64,000 nucleotides of DNA from Thecamonas trahens ATCC 50062 (Eukaryota; Protista; Apusomonadida), in NCBI RefSeq assembly GCF_000142905.1, contig NW_013657655.1, positions 372,001-436,000 of the forward strand, read 5' to 3'. Under the pieces are notes generated by a model that did no database searches, was not told the origin of the DNA, and worked only from the letters and a program-made list of their open reading frames with translations. The position numbers and the translations under genes are program-made. Position 1 is the first letter of the stretch. Every line of letters begins with the position of its first letter. Positions 12,701 through 21,820 of the stretch are shown one piece after another.

Positions 12701-12969
12701 AACGATCGCTTGGCGATGTGAGTCGCGTTGAAGCCCCAGCGAAGGCCGCGTGCTTCCAACTCTGCCTCATCGATGCCTTGTGCGGCGTCGACATCAAGCT
12801 CTTCCAACACGCCCTCCTGTCCGCCGAGGACCGAGAGTAGCTGGAGCCGGTTGGGGAAGAGCTTGCTGAGGCCGTCTCTCTCGTAGCTCTGCTCATTGAC
12901 CTCGTACTTGACCTTGTCTTCTCCACGCAGCGCCTCAGCCTCGAGCGCCCCCGCGTCAACTCCAGCCAT
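9787..12969 (-). CDS. P2B (PMCA-type) Ca2+ ATPase homolog with degenerate catalytic motifs
   Basis: VPEGLP, RKFLQFQFTCNV, LLWVNLIMDT and DVGFAMG identify the family. The phosphorylation loop reads IDLTGAVT instead of SDKTGTLT. Confidence 0.9.
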   Translation of the reverse strand: MAGVDAGALEAEALRGEDKVKYEVNEQSYERDGLSKLFPNRLQLLSVLGGQEGVLEELDVDAAQGIDEAELEARGLRWGFNATHIAKRSFVHFMLSAANDFTLIMLIITAFLSLSLGVSISEFAADTGGAGYVEGTSILIAVTIIIIFTAINENYKDHQFAELAAALQNEEVTVLRASSLDIQQVPANDLVVGDIVHVFRGAVVPADGLLLGDPCKMNELEVTGEADDVRKSYSHDPFIMRGSHVAEGRVVMVVVAVGDSTYLARKRARDARRSVDEHTSLQNKLANLGKQVGKLGLAIAVVLVSVLSAKYLITRVVKGDSIDNEAIERMTEYILTGLTLTVVSVPEGLPFSVTLAIAFSIIRMVGEHNMVRNLSSVETMGRCSEVVIDLTGAVTVNHMILDQGYIAGKQFAIADYQDYDFSSLARPWGQLSLEPDEDAMADSVLGLLQHSLFLNSRAAIIAPDIDILAEDDDDLIVGADGVTRKYYGNETEISLLKFGTALSSKFGTYEELRHAYHGHTVATFPFDPVAKWSAVLLRLDAPLSSAFRTGRPSLFSDSRSSDSYGHASLRGDERYRLYVKGAAELLLGFCTRIVDENGEVVNIVPFQHKLRKMIKAWTHAGRRVLTLAYKDIGFRPPPDVADADVTEMVCLGIVGISDSLLPSVRGEIRAAQQAGVMVRLVTGESLPRAITLARKISIYNPEYHLAMDSFEYNKMTNDELKSMVPTLTILARATPDDKLRIISQLQSDFGAVVAVTGGDLADRRSLIAADVGFAMGVSGSGVAREAADIVLLSDDFGSIVNTIRWGRNVFSSIRKFLQFQFTCNVVTVLITIIGSVTNSRGEPPISPVGLLWVNLIMDTFAAIALASDSPSPDLLRKTKPVSSSENVVTRVMMMHIFGQAAYQLLMLLLVLFIGPAFFTVERYRRKHFTLVFNAHVMMTLFNFFNVRSVFQQQNVVSGLGRNYYFWAVLLFSGAVQGAIVTIGGSWTKTEPLGPLQWASCLVLGAGTLLVGAFLRTIPTRGILLESKDIHDSPKDRAEWRMTLNRRPMAEKVRVAFRVNG

Positions 12970-13157
12970 GACTCTTGTCCTTCTGGCCCGCCTGCAGAGG
13001 GGCTTTAGTTAGGTAGCCGGCGTCCGCGTTGGCGCCGTAGCCCGAGGGGAAGGCGGCCGAGTGCCGAGTGGCGATCGTGATCAGGAGCGTGATCATGATC
13101 GCCAGGCACTTGGCTCCTGGCTCTTGGGCGGGCTTGGGTGAGGAGGTGCTGGTGGGC

Positions 13158-13802
13158 ATGGCAGAGGCACAAGAGTTAGCACGGCAGACGCGGGTGCTTG
13201 CGCAGGTACGAGGGCGGGTGGCTGGGGCGCAGCAGGCGGCGGTGGGGGCGCAGGCTGAGGCAGCGCGGGACGAGGCGGCGCGGCTGAGGGCTGAGGCCGA
13301 CAACGCGCGGGCGCGGGCGGCGCGAGCCGAGGAGGCGCAGCGGGCGGCCGAGAGCGCGCTCAAAGCGGCGCAAGAAGAGCTGCGGCGCGCAAATGAGGCT
13401 GCGGCGAACAAGGTGGAGGGCATCCCGCTGGTGGTGCATCTGCAGGCGGTGGAGGCGGCCAAGGGCGCGCAGGCGGCGGCCGGCGAGCTCGAGCGCCGTC
13501 TGGCCGCGGCGACGGCGCGAGCCGAGGCAGCCGAGGCGGCGGCGGAGCAGGCGCGGACAGATCGTGCGGCGGCGCGAGAGGAGATCGCCAGCGCGGCAGG
13601 TGGGCTGGAGAAGCGTCTGGCGGAGATGCAGGTGGCGCACCGGCAGGCGCTGTATGTGGCCGAGCGCGAGAACACCGAGCTGCGACGCGAGAACGAGGCG
13701 CTGCGCAAGGCGGCGGCGGTGGTGGGCAGGCGCAAGCGGGCAGGATCAGGAGCAGGCGCAGGCGCAGGCGCAGGGGGAGGAGGAGGACGGAGCCGCGGAT
13801 GA
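13158..13802 (+). CDS. Ala/Glu/Arg-rich coiled-coil hypothetical protein
   Basis: Part of ORF 13068..13802 with heptad-like composition; ATG at 13095 or 13158. Confidence 0.55.
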   Translation: MAEAQELARQTRVLAQVRGRVAGAQQAAVGAQAEAARDEAARLRAEADNARARAARAEEAQRAAESALKAAQEELRRANEAAANKVEGIPLVVHLQAVEAAKGAQAAAGELERRLAAATARAEAAEAAAEQARTDRAAAREEIASAAGGLEKRLAEMQVAHRQALYVAERENTELRRENEALRKAAAVVGRRKRAGSGAGAGAGAGGGGGRSRG

Positions 13803-13861
13803 AACGGTTTACTGGATGCATCAGCGAGTGGGAAAAGACCGTAGCATGCAAGGCAATACGA

Positions 13862-14021
13862 TTAAAGGTTGGCGAACATGTGCGGGGCGGTGGCGCCGTT
13901 GGCGTCGGCAGCGAGCTCGCCCGAGACGCAGGTCCACTCGGCGTAGCCGCCGTTGGTGACCGGGGTGCAGGTGTCAGTGCGGATCGAGGCCGAGCGGGCC
14001 GAGCCAGAGCAGGTCGAATCG
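13862..14021 (-). CDS. Possible 3' end of a small Cys-containing protein; 5' part lost in the gap
   Basis: DSTCSGSARSASIRTDTCTPVTNGGYAEWTCVSGEL...* reads out of the gap with host-like codons. Confidence 0.3.
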
Positions 14022-14121
14022 NNNNNNNNNNNNNNNNNNNNNNNNNNNNNNNNNNNNNNNNNNNNNNNNNNNNNNNNNNNNNNNNNNNNNNNNNNNNNNN
14101 NNNNNNNNNNNNNNNNNNNNN
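14022..14121. other. Assembly gap (100 N)
   Basis: Run of N. Confidence 1.
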
Positions 14122-14327
14122 GGGGGGGGGTGGGAAGGCGGGCAAGTGGCGCTGTTCGTTTGGTGGAGGTGGTAGGAGAAGGACTGATGGTGGAGAGGGC
14201 GGACGGGCAAATGGGGATCGGAATGGGACATGGTGGTGATGATTGGGACGATTGGACTCCTGGTCTCTTGGTTGGCTGATGGCTGGCTGGCGATATCGCG
14301 GGGGCCGGGGGGGGGGGGGGAGGACAG

Positions 14328-14634
14328 CGCACAAAAGTCGAAGATTGCCCGCGAGCGCAACGCGGCGCGCAAGGCGGCGGCAGGCAAGGGCTCGCAGCTG
14401 AAGGCGATCAAGAAGGCGCAGAGCATTCAGTGCAAGGTCTGCTTCCAAACGTTTATGTGCACCTCGTCGCAGGCCTCGCTGCAGGCCCACATCGATGCCA
14501 AGCACTCGAAGCTCAACAAGACGTTTGCCGGGTGCTTCCCCGACTACGAGGCTGCCGCCGCCAGCTCGACCGCCTCCAAGAAGGCATCGAAGAACAAGGC
14601 CAAGGGTAACGCCAAGGGCGGCAAGAAGCGCTGA
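14328..14634 (+). CDS. ZNF706/At2g23090-like small C2H2 zinc-finger protein (4F5-type N-terminus); last exon
   Basis: AQKSKIARERN...GKGSQLKA...IQCKVCFQTFMCT...HIDAKHSK...CFP. Acceptor CAG at 14325-14327; first exon probably in or near the gap. Confidence 0.85.
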
Positions 14635-14712
14635 GCGCAGACCAGGTTGGATGTTGGTTCTCTCATAACACGATGGCGTTCGCCAGCTGGAGCAGAGAGG
14701 TACAGTAGCTGT

Positions 14713-15435
14713 TCAATACGGGGCATAGTACGAGGAGCGGCGGCGGCGGCGACGCCGACGACGACGGCGGCGGCGGCCTCGGCCGGTCTGCTTGGGCACA
14801 ACCTTGATGAGCCGGCCCTTGAGCAGCGACTCGTTGAGGAGGATGGCGTTGTACACATTGTCCTTGTCGTCAAACTGGACGTAGGCAAAGCCGCGCGGGC
14901 GACCAGTGAACTTGTCCTTGGCGATGGTGATGCGGCGGATGGCGCCGCACGAGCTAAAGTGCTCGGTCAGATCGTCGTCCGTGGCCGAGAAGTCGACGTT
15001 GGTCACCAGCACTGTCCGCGCGTTCATCTCCTCGTAGTCGACCTCATCGTCGACACCACCGCGTCCAAGCCCGCCCTTCTCCTCGCCACCAGTCGTGCTG
15101 GCAGCCTCTCCGCTCGCCGCAGCACCGCTCCCGACCTCCTCGGCCGCCTGCAGCTTGGCCATCATCGCCGCCTCCTCATCCAGCTTCTGCACCGATGCCA
15201 GCATAGCCTCCAGCTCCGCTGCGGCATCATCCACCGGTGCCGCCGCACTCTCGCTCGTCGGCTTGCTCGCCTCAGCCTCCACACCTTCATCGGCAGCGGT
15301 AGATGCGCTAGCCGCGGGCTCGGGCGAGGTGGCAGCAGCGGTGGTGGCAGTGGTGGTGGCGGCAGGGGTTGGGGACTGTGTCTCGGGCGCAGGTGCAGGC
15401 GGGGTGGCCGTAGCCTCTTCTGCTCCTGTGGACAT
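14713..15435 (-). CDS. PABPN1: Nuclear poly(A)-binding protein
   Basis: Acidic coiled-coil N-terminus, single RRM (VTNVDF...HFSSCGAIRRITIAKDKFTGRPRGFAYVQF), Arg-rich tail ending YAPY. Confidence 0.9.
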   Translation of the reverse strand: MSTGAEEATATPPAPAPETQSPTPAATTTATTAAATSPEPAASASTAADEGVEAEASKPTSESAAAPVDDAAAELEAMLASVQKLDEEAAMMAKLQAAEEVGSGAAASGEAASTTGGEEKGGLGRGGVDDEVDYEEMNARTVLVTNVDFSATDDDLTEHFSSCGAIRRITIAKDKFTGRPRGFAYVQFDDKDNVYNAILLNESLLKGRLIKVVPKQTGRGRRRRRRRRRRRRRSSYYAPY

Positions 15436-16021
15436 GGTAATGTCTCGAGTTGGGTGGAAGAGAGGTGATGCGGGGGTGGGGTGGGGTGGGGCGGGGGGGG
15501 GGAGGGGTTGGCCGAGGCCGAGGTGGTGGGATGTGGGGGAGGGGGAGGGGGTGGGGGATGGGGATGGGGATGGGGATGGGAAGGATCGGGGAAGAATGGG
15601 GTGAGTGAGAGAGAGGTTGTGGGTTGTGATGGGTGGGGTGGATGGGGGGGAGGATGTTATCGATGTGTGGAGATGCGCAGAGGGGAGGGGGGCGTAGACG
15701 AGAGGGGGGAGGGGGGGGGGGCGATCGGAGGCGATCGGGGGTGATGGTGGGTATGAGAGTGGGCGTAAGGTAGTGGCGTTTACGATGCTGTGGTAGTCAT
15801 AGCGGGATAAGGTCGGACTGCTGCCTCTCCCGCCCTTCCCCTCCCTACCGATACCGCCACTTGCCCTCCCCCCCCCCGGTGCCCTGGCTCGCTAACCGGC
15901 GAAACGACAGACAGCTCAACGCCGGTGGCGGAGGGGGGGGGGGGGGAGGGAAGGCACACCGCACTCGAGCGGCAAGGGGGAAGGAGAAAGAGAGACAGAG
16001 GGGAAAGGGTGGCGTGCAAAG

Positions 16022-18611
16022 ATGCCGTTGGTGTGCAGTGGGTGTGGCGAGGAGCTGGTTGGCGTGCCGAGAAGGGTCGACGGAGCAGGTCCCTTTCACA
16101 GAGACTGCCTCCGCTGTGCCGTCTGTCAGGAATGGCTCCGGGACAGTCGTATCAAGGTCGCTGATGGCCAGCTCTACTGCCGCAAGCACCTCCCGCCCGC
16201 TTCGCCGACGGATGATACTGGCCAAGACGAGCCAGCGGCCGGCGTCGAGGACAGCAATGATGCGGTCGGGGTCGACAACGGGGAGCTAGAGGCTGAAGAT
16301 GATGCCCAACATGACGATGACGACGACCAGAGAGGTGACGCTTGGTTTAATGATCGGTCGAGGAAAATCACCATCAAGATTCATGCCTCTCAGGTGCTAG
16401 AGCGCGAGAATGCGCGTTGGGCGGCCGAGGACGAGTTTGCGTCGGTCAAGGAGGGCCTCATGGTCCGGCAGCGGAAGCGCGCCGGCTCGCTCGGCGACAA
16501 GGACGCACTGATGCGTCTGCGCCGTAGACTGCGGTTCAAGCTCGACGATGGTGAGGTTGTTCCAGTTGTTCCGGTTCTGGAGCAAGCCATCAAGTCGCCG
16601 CAGATGGCGCCCGCGCTAGACGAGCTCGCGCCGCTGGTCAACGAGGCCGGCCTGGAGGATGTCGACGACACGCTCGACGCCGACATCGCCGCCAGCGACG
16701 CCGGTGCCACAATCAGCCGGGTTAAGTTTGAGCGGTTGCTCCGCGAGCGCGACTCGCTGCAGCAGCGGCTGTCGGACGCGCTTGTCGAGCGCGAGGTCGC
16801 CTGGCGCCATGTCGACGAGCATGAGGCCAGCTTCGAGGATGCTGTGGCCCAGGTCCGGCGTGAGTTTGAAGCCGAGCTTCGCGCAGCACGGAGCCAAGCT
16901 GCAATGTTCGAAGCCGACGCCAAGCTCGGCAATCTGGCGGCCGCAGAGTCTCAGCGCGACGCCGCGCTTGCCGAGCGCGACGCCGCACGCGACGCAGAAG
17001 CTGCCGCGCTTGCCGAGCGCGACGCCGCACGCGCAGAGGCTTCCGCAGAGGCTGCCCGCGCCGCCTCGCTTCAGATTGACCTCGACTCGGCCCGAAGCTC
17101 TGCCGACGAGCTGGCGCGGCATCTTGATGCCGCCCGCACCGCCGCCGAGGCCGCTGCGGCGAGCGACAGCGCGGCTGAGCTGCATGATGCGGTTGCGGCG
17201 TTGAGAGACGAGCGTGACGTTGCGCTGGCGGCTGCGGCCCGGCTAGAGGCGCGGCTTGAGGCTGCGCTGGCTGCCCGAGACTCGGCTGCGGCTGCTCATG
17301 ATGCTGCGAATGCGGCACGGGACGAGGCTTTAGCGGAGCTGGGTGTGGTGGCGGCCAAGCGTGACGAGGCTTTGGCGGAGCTTGGGGTGGTGGCGGCCAA
17401 GCGTGACGAGGCTTTGGCGGAGCTTGGGGTGGTGGCGGCCAAGCGTGACGAGGCTTTGGCGGAGCTGGGGGGGTGCGGCCAAGCGTGACGAGGCTTTGGC
17501 AGAGTTGGAGGTGTTGGTGGCTGAGCGTGATGAGGCCGTGGCTAAGCTGGACTCAGTAACGGCAGAGCGCGATCAGGCCGTGGCTAAGCTGGACTCAGTA
17601 ACGGCAGAGCGCGAGCAGGCTTTCGCCGACAAAGACGCAACAGTAGCAAAGTTCAACAAGTGCAAGACTGAGCTTGTCGCTGCACGCGCAGACCAGGAGA
17701 CCGCCCGAGATGCATGCGCACAGCTCGAGACCGTCTCAGATGCGCTCAACCACACTCACACCGAACTCGAGGCTGCCCGCGAAGAGTTGGCCCGCTTGGC
17801 AGCCGTAGAAGCTCAGCTGGCTCAGGCTCAGGCGGCAGCAGTGGCAGCAGCCGATGAGCTAGCCGGCGTCAAGGCCAAACGCGATGCGCTTGCCGCCGAA
17901 GTCAACGCCGCCCGTGGCAACGTCGCCGGCATGGCTGCGCTCAAGGATGAGCTCGCTACCGCGACAGCCGAGCGCAACGCCCTTGTTGCTGCCGTCGCCG
18001 AGTACGAATCCGCGCTTGCCGAACTCCGCGACGACCGCGACAACCTTGAGTCCACGCTAGATGCGGTCGAGGAGCGGATGTGCAGCGAAGCCAGCGACGC
18101 CCGCGCCGGCGCCGCCCAAGTCAACGACGTCACCGCCGTTCTGCGCCAGGCCTCGGCTCAGGTCGCCACCGCCGCCGAGCTCAACGACACCATCGCCTGG
18201 ATGCAGGACACGCTCGAGGAGCTGATGGAAACCAACTCCCGTCTCAGCCGTGACAAGGATGGCGTCTACGACGACAACGCCGTCCTCGCCCGCGAGAACG
18301 CCACCCTCCGCGATCTCATGGCCTCGGTCATGGACACACTCCTCGCCGTCGCAGCTCGCCGCAACAAGGACAAGAAGCGTGCCGCCCGCACCGCGCATCG
18401 CCTCGCCGCAGAGCGCGACGACGCCATCATCGTCGCCAAACGCCACGCCGCCACCGTTCTCACCGAGCGTCGTCGCGCTGCCGACACCGCCGCAGATCTC
18501 GCCCTTGTCCAGGCAAAGCTCGACAACGCCAACAAGGCCCTCACTGCAAAGGCCGATGAAGCTAGAAAGCTCGCGCTTGCCCTTGCCCGTCTCTGCGCCT
18601 CGCCCGAATGA
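16022..18611 (+). CDS. N-terminal LIM domain + long coiled-coil protein; frameshift near 17470
   Basis: LIM pattern CSGC...FHRDCLRCAVC...LYCRKH. ORFs 16022..17488 and 17343..18611 join across a repeat copy that is 2 nt short. Confidence 0.75.
17321..17615 (+). repeat. Coding 42-bp tandem repeat (14-aa coiled-coil unit)
   Basis: GACGAGGCTTTGGCGGAGCTTGGGGTGGTGGCGGCCAAGCGT x~4, then a diverged 42-bp unit encoding AVAKLDSVTAER x2. Confidence 0.9.
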
Positions 18612-19420
18612 ATGAACCACAATGCTTCGTCCCAATCCGAGTCTGATATTTGTCCCGCCCAGCATGTCGGGTAATGTTTACTATATCACCGCAATTACAT
18701 CGCCAGCTCACCAAAGTGGTTCGCTGATCAAGCGCACGGACACACTCGACCACGCTCACTACCCCCGATTGAACAGCATACGAGAGCAATGAAGAAAGTA
18801 ATACCAGCAGCACATGCTCACACATATGATAAACTCAGCCACTGATGAGTAGTATTTGGAAAGACGTACTTGTCGAGATCTACCTCCGAAACCGCCCTCT
18901 CCCTCCACCCTGTGATTGTGATCTCGCCCCGGATCCCTCTTCCCCTCCAACCGCCGACCTCTTCAGACCCTCTCCACCCTCCATCTCGTCATCCCACTCC
19001 CCTACCATCACTCCCTCCCCATCTCTCAGCACCTCTCTCTCTCTGCCACCATCAATCTCCCCCCGTCCCATCGCAGCCTCTCATCGCTCAAGATCGTTCC
19101 CCCCAACCCCTGTCTGCTTTGTCACTCTCCGCCAAGTCGCGCTCCCGTCGGCTCGCCACGACAGACGACCTCCCAACACCACACACCTTTGGGCAAGGTA
19201 CGGAGAGAGAGCGAGAGAGAGCGAGAGCCACTCAACGCAATCCAAGTCTCCCTCCGCATGGCCCGACGCAAAAGCAGTACGCCTCAATGCGCATGCCCTT
19301 ACCGTCCCCCCCCCCCCCCTCTCCCTTCCCTCTCACTCTCACACATACTCTCTCTCGGCGCTAGGCGGACGTGGACGTCGTGGTGGTGGCGGGCGCGGGC
19401 GCGGAGGAGGTGGTGCGTCT

Positions 19421-21244
19421 ATGGAAGTCGAAGGTGGAGGGCGTAATGGTGGTGGTGGTGGTGGTGGTGGTGGGCGAAGGGGCTCGCAATCTTCTTCTTC
19501 TTCTTCTCGAGGTGGCCGTGGCCGCGGCCGTGGTCGTGGTGGTGGCGGTCGTGGTGGCGGGGGCGGCGGAGAGTGGAAGGCTTCCATCTTTGGCTTGCCT
19601 GGTTGCTCTGTCTCGGAACTGCTCAAGTTTCTGCGGTCAAAGATTGGGGCGCTGTCGGCCCAGGTGGATATGAAGGGCAACAAGGCCTTTCTCACCATCG
19701 CCTCGTCGAAGCAGGCTAATGCGCTGAAGCGGGTTGATGGAATGTCGTTCAAGCGCTCCAAGCTGTCGGTGCGCGTGACTGGCCCATCGGGCGGCGGCAA
19801 CTCGAGCATGGAGATGGAAGGCTCGTCGAGCCGAGTTGGCAAGGGCTCAAAGTCCAAGATGCCGTTCAAGAAGAGCTACAACGCCAACGAGATCTCTGCG
19901 CTGGAGAGCGCGCTTGCGGCGCGGTACGATGCGGGCAGCCAGTGCCTGCAGCTTGACGCGCTGCATCAGGTTGGCAACGCGCGGACCTTTGCGCCGCACT
20001 TTGGCAACAAGGTCTTTGTCGACCTCCTCCTCGACTGCCTCCGGCGCAATGTGCCGGATCTGGCGATGCTCTCGCTCCAGCACAACTACATCAAGGACCT
20101 GCGCCTGTTTGCAGGGCTTGGCAAGGCTGTTCCGGGGCTCAAGGCGCTCTCACTGGCGTCCAACGCCGTGTCGTCGTTCAAGGACCTGGACGCGCTCGCG
20201 CTGCCGGGCCTCTGCATCTTTGAGCTCGGAGACAATCCGGTGACCCGCAACATCGATCCAGTCGAGTACCAGTGGCAAGTTCTCCGCCGCTTTCCGGACG
20301 TTGTCACCCTCGACGGCGCGCCAACCGAGGCCACTGTCCGCTTCCCGCTCCCCGACGACGTGCTGGCGTCGGTCCAGGCCTCGCCGGGCCTCCCTGCCAC
20401 TGGCTCGTACGCCGAGGATGGCGGCCCGGGCGAGCTTGTCCAGGCCTTCCTCTCCAAGTTTCTGGCCGTCTACGACTCGCCGGACCGGACTGGCCTTCTT
20501 GACGCATACCATCCGACCGAGTCATACTTTTCACTCACCGCTGAGGGCGACATCGACGACGTCACCACCGATGCCTTTGCCAAGAAGAAGGATCGCCGTC
20601 CGCGACGCGGGCGCAAGAAGGGCAAGGACGACGTGGCGGACCCAAGCCTCGTCGACTACTACCCGCTCTCGCGTAACTTGCTTGCTGTCACCACCGTGAC
20701 TGAGCGCATGAAGCGAGTCGCATGCGGCAACATTGACGTCATCAACGCCATCACCCACCTCCGCGCCACCGCTCACGACACCTCGTCGGCCGTGGCCGAC
20801 CAGGTCGTCGCCTACGCCGGCTCGGTCCCGGTCATCATTGTCTCGCTCCATGGCGTCGTATGCGAGACCGCAGACGGCATCGTCCGCCCCTTTGACCGCA
20901 TCCTTACCCTCACCCAAGCCGAGCCCGAATCGCTCGCCGCCGCCGCAGGCTGGCCGCTCTACGTCATCAACGACATGCTCCGCGTCCGCAAGGCCATCAC
21001 CAACGACCGCCAGGCCGACACCGTCCTCCGCGCCCTCTCGCCCGGACCTTCTGGCCCCAGCGACGCGCCGAGCCTTAACCCCGACCAGATGTCGCTCGTC
21101 CGCGAGCTCTCCCTCCAGTTCAACTTCAACTTTGAGTTTGCCTCGGCCGTCCTCGATGCCAACGGTTGGATGCCCGACGCCACCCTCGCTGCCCTTCAGG
21201 AAATGGACGCCCGTGGTGCCATCCCAGCCAATGCCTACAACTAG
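19421..21244 (+). CDS. NXF1: Nuclear RNA export factor NXF1/TAP/Mex67
   Basis: RG-rich N-terminus, RRM-like region, LRR (LSLQHNYI...LSLASN...LGDNPV), NTF2-like domain (FLSKFLAVYDS...YFSL...SRNL) and TAP-C UBA (LDANGW...GAIPANAY). Possible upstream intron 19198-19364, so the true start may be earlier. Confidence 0.88.
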   Translation: MEVEGGGRNGGGGGGGGGRRGSQSSSSSSRGGRGRGRGRGGGGRGGGGGGEWKASIFGLPGCSVSELLKFLRSKIGALSAQVDMKGNKAFLTIASSKQANALKRVDGMSFKRSKLSVRVTGPSGGGNSSMEMEGSSSRVGKGSKSKMPFKKSYNANEISALESALAARYDAGSQCLQLDALHQVGNARTFAPHFGNKVFVDLLLDCLRRNVPDLAMLSLQHNYIKDLRLFAGLGKAVPGLKALSLASNAVSSFKDLDALALPGLCIFELGDNPVTRNIDPVEYQWQVLRRFPDVVTLDGAPTEATVRFPLPDDVLASVQASPGLPATGSYAEDGGPGELVQAFLSKFLAVYDSPDRTGLLDAYHPTESYFSLTAEGDIDDVTTDAFAKKKDRRPRRGRKKGKDDVADPSLVDYYPLSRNLLAVTTVTERMKRVACGNIDVINAITHLRATAHDTSSAVADQVVAYAGSVPVIIVSLHGVVCETADGIVRPFDRILTLTQAEPESLAAAAGWPLYVINDMLRVRKAITNDRQADTVLRALSPGPSGPSDAPSLNPDQMSLVRELSLQFNFNFEFASAVLDANGWMPDATLAALQEMDARGAIPANAYN

Positions 21245-21820
21245 CGCAGTCGGTTGTAAAAAGACGCGAAAGTGCCGATCCGCAAGCTTGTGCAAGTCTC
21301 CTCCGCCACTACCAATCCCAGCCAGCCGATGTGTCAGCTGTGACCCGCTGCCGTTTGCCCATGCAACCCCCGCGCAGCGCGATCAGATCGCACTCTTCAC
21401 ACACTCAACTCCAACTTGTCCCAACAACCCCCAACCCCAAACTGTATGCCTCATCCCCATCCCCGCTGTCATCTTTGCCATACCTGTCCTGCCTTGCCCA
21501 TACCAGCCGCGCGCGTTCCGCCTGGACCGGAGACCCTGCACACAAAATTTCAACTTTTTCAGCCGTTGTTCCCCCATTGGCGCCCACCTGCTCTCCGCCC
21601 TCTGTACCGCTACCAGAGGCAATACGCCCCCCCACCAACCCCACCAACCCCATATGGCTTGTGTGGCATGTAGCAAGAAGTACACACCTCGAGTGTGTGT
21701 AAAGGGCGTACTAGAGACGACAACATGTGACTCACCCAGTCCCCCCCTGCTGCTGCTGCTGCCACTGTCGCCATCATTCTGATCTGCATTCAATCATGGT
21801 CGCCTCTCTGCAGGACGAAG

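Noticed and set aside
18789-18846. Possible box C/D snoRNA (ATGAAGA...CTGA)
   Set aside because: Imperfect box C, no clear terminal stem, and no rRNA complementarity I could verify.
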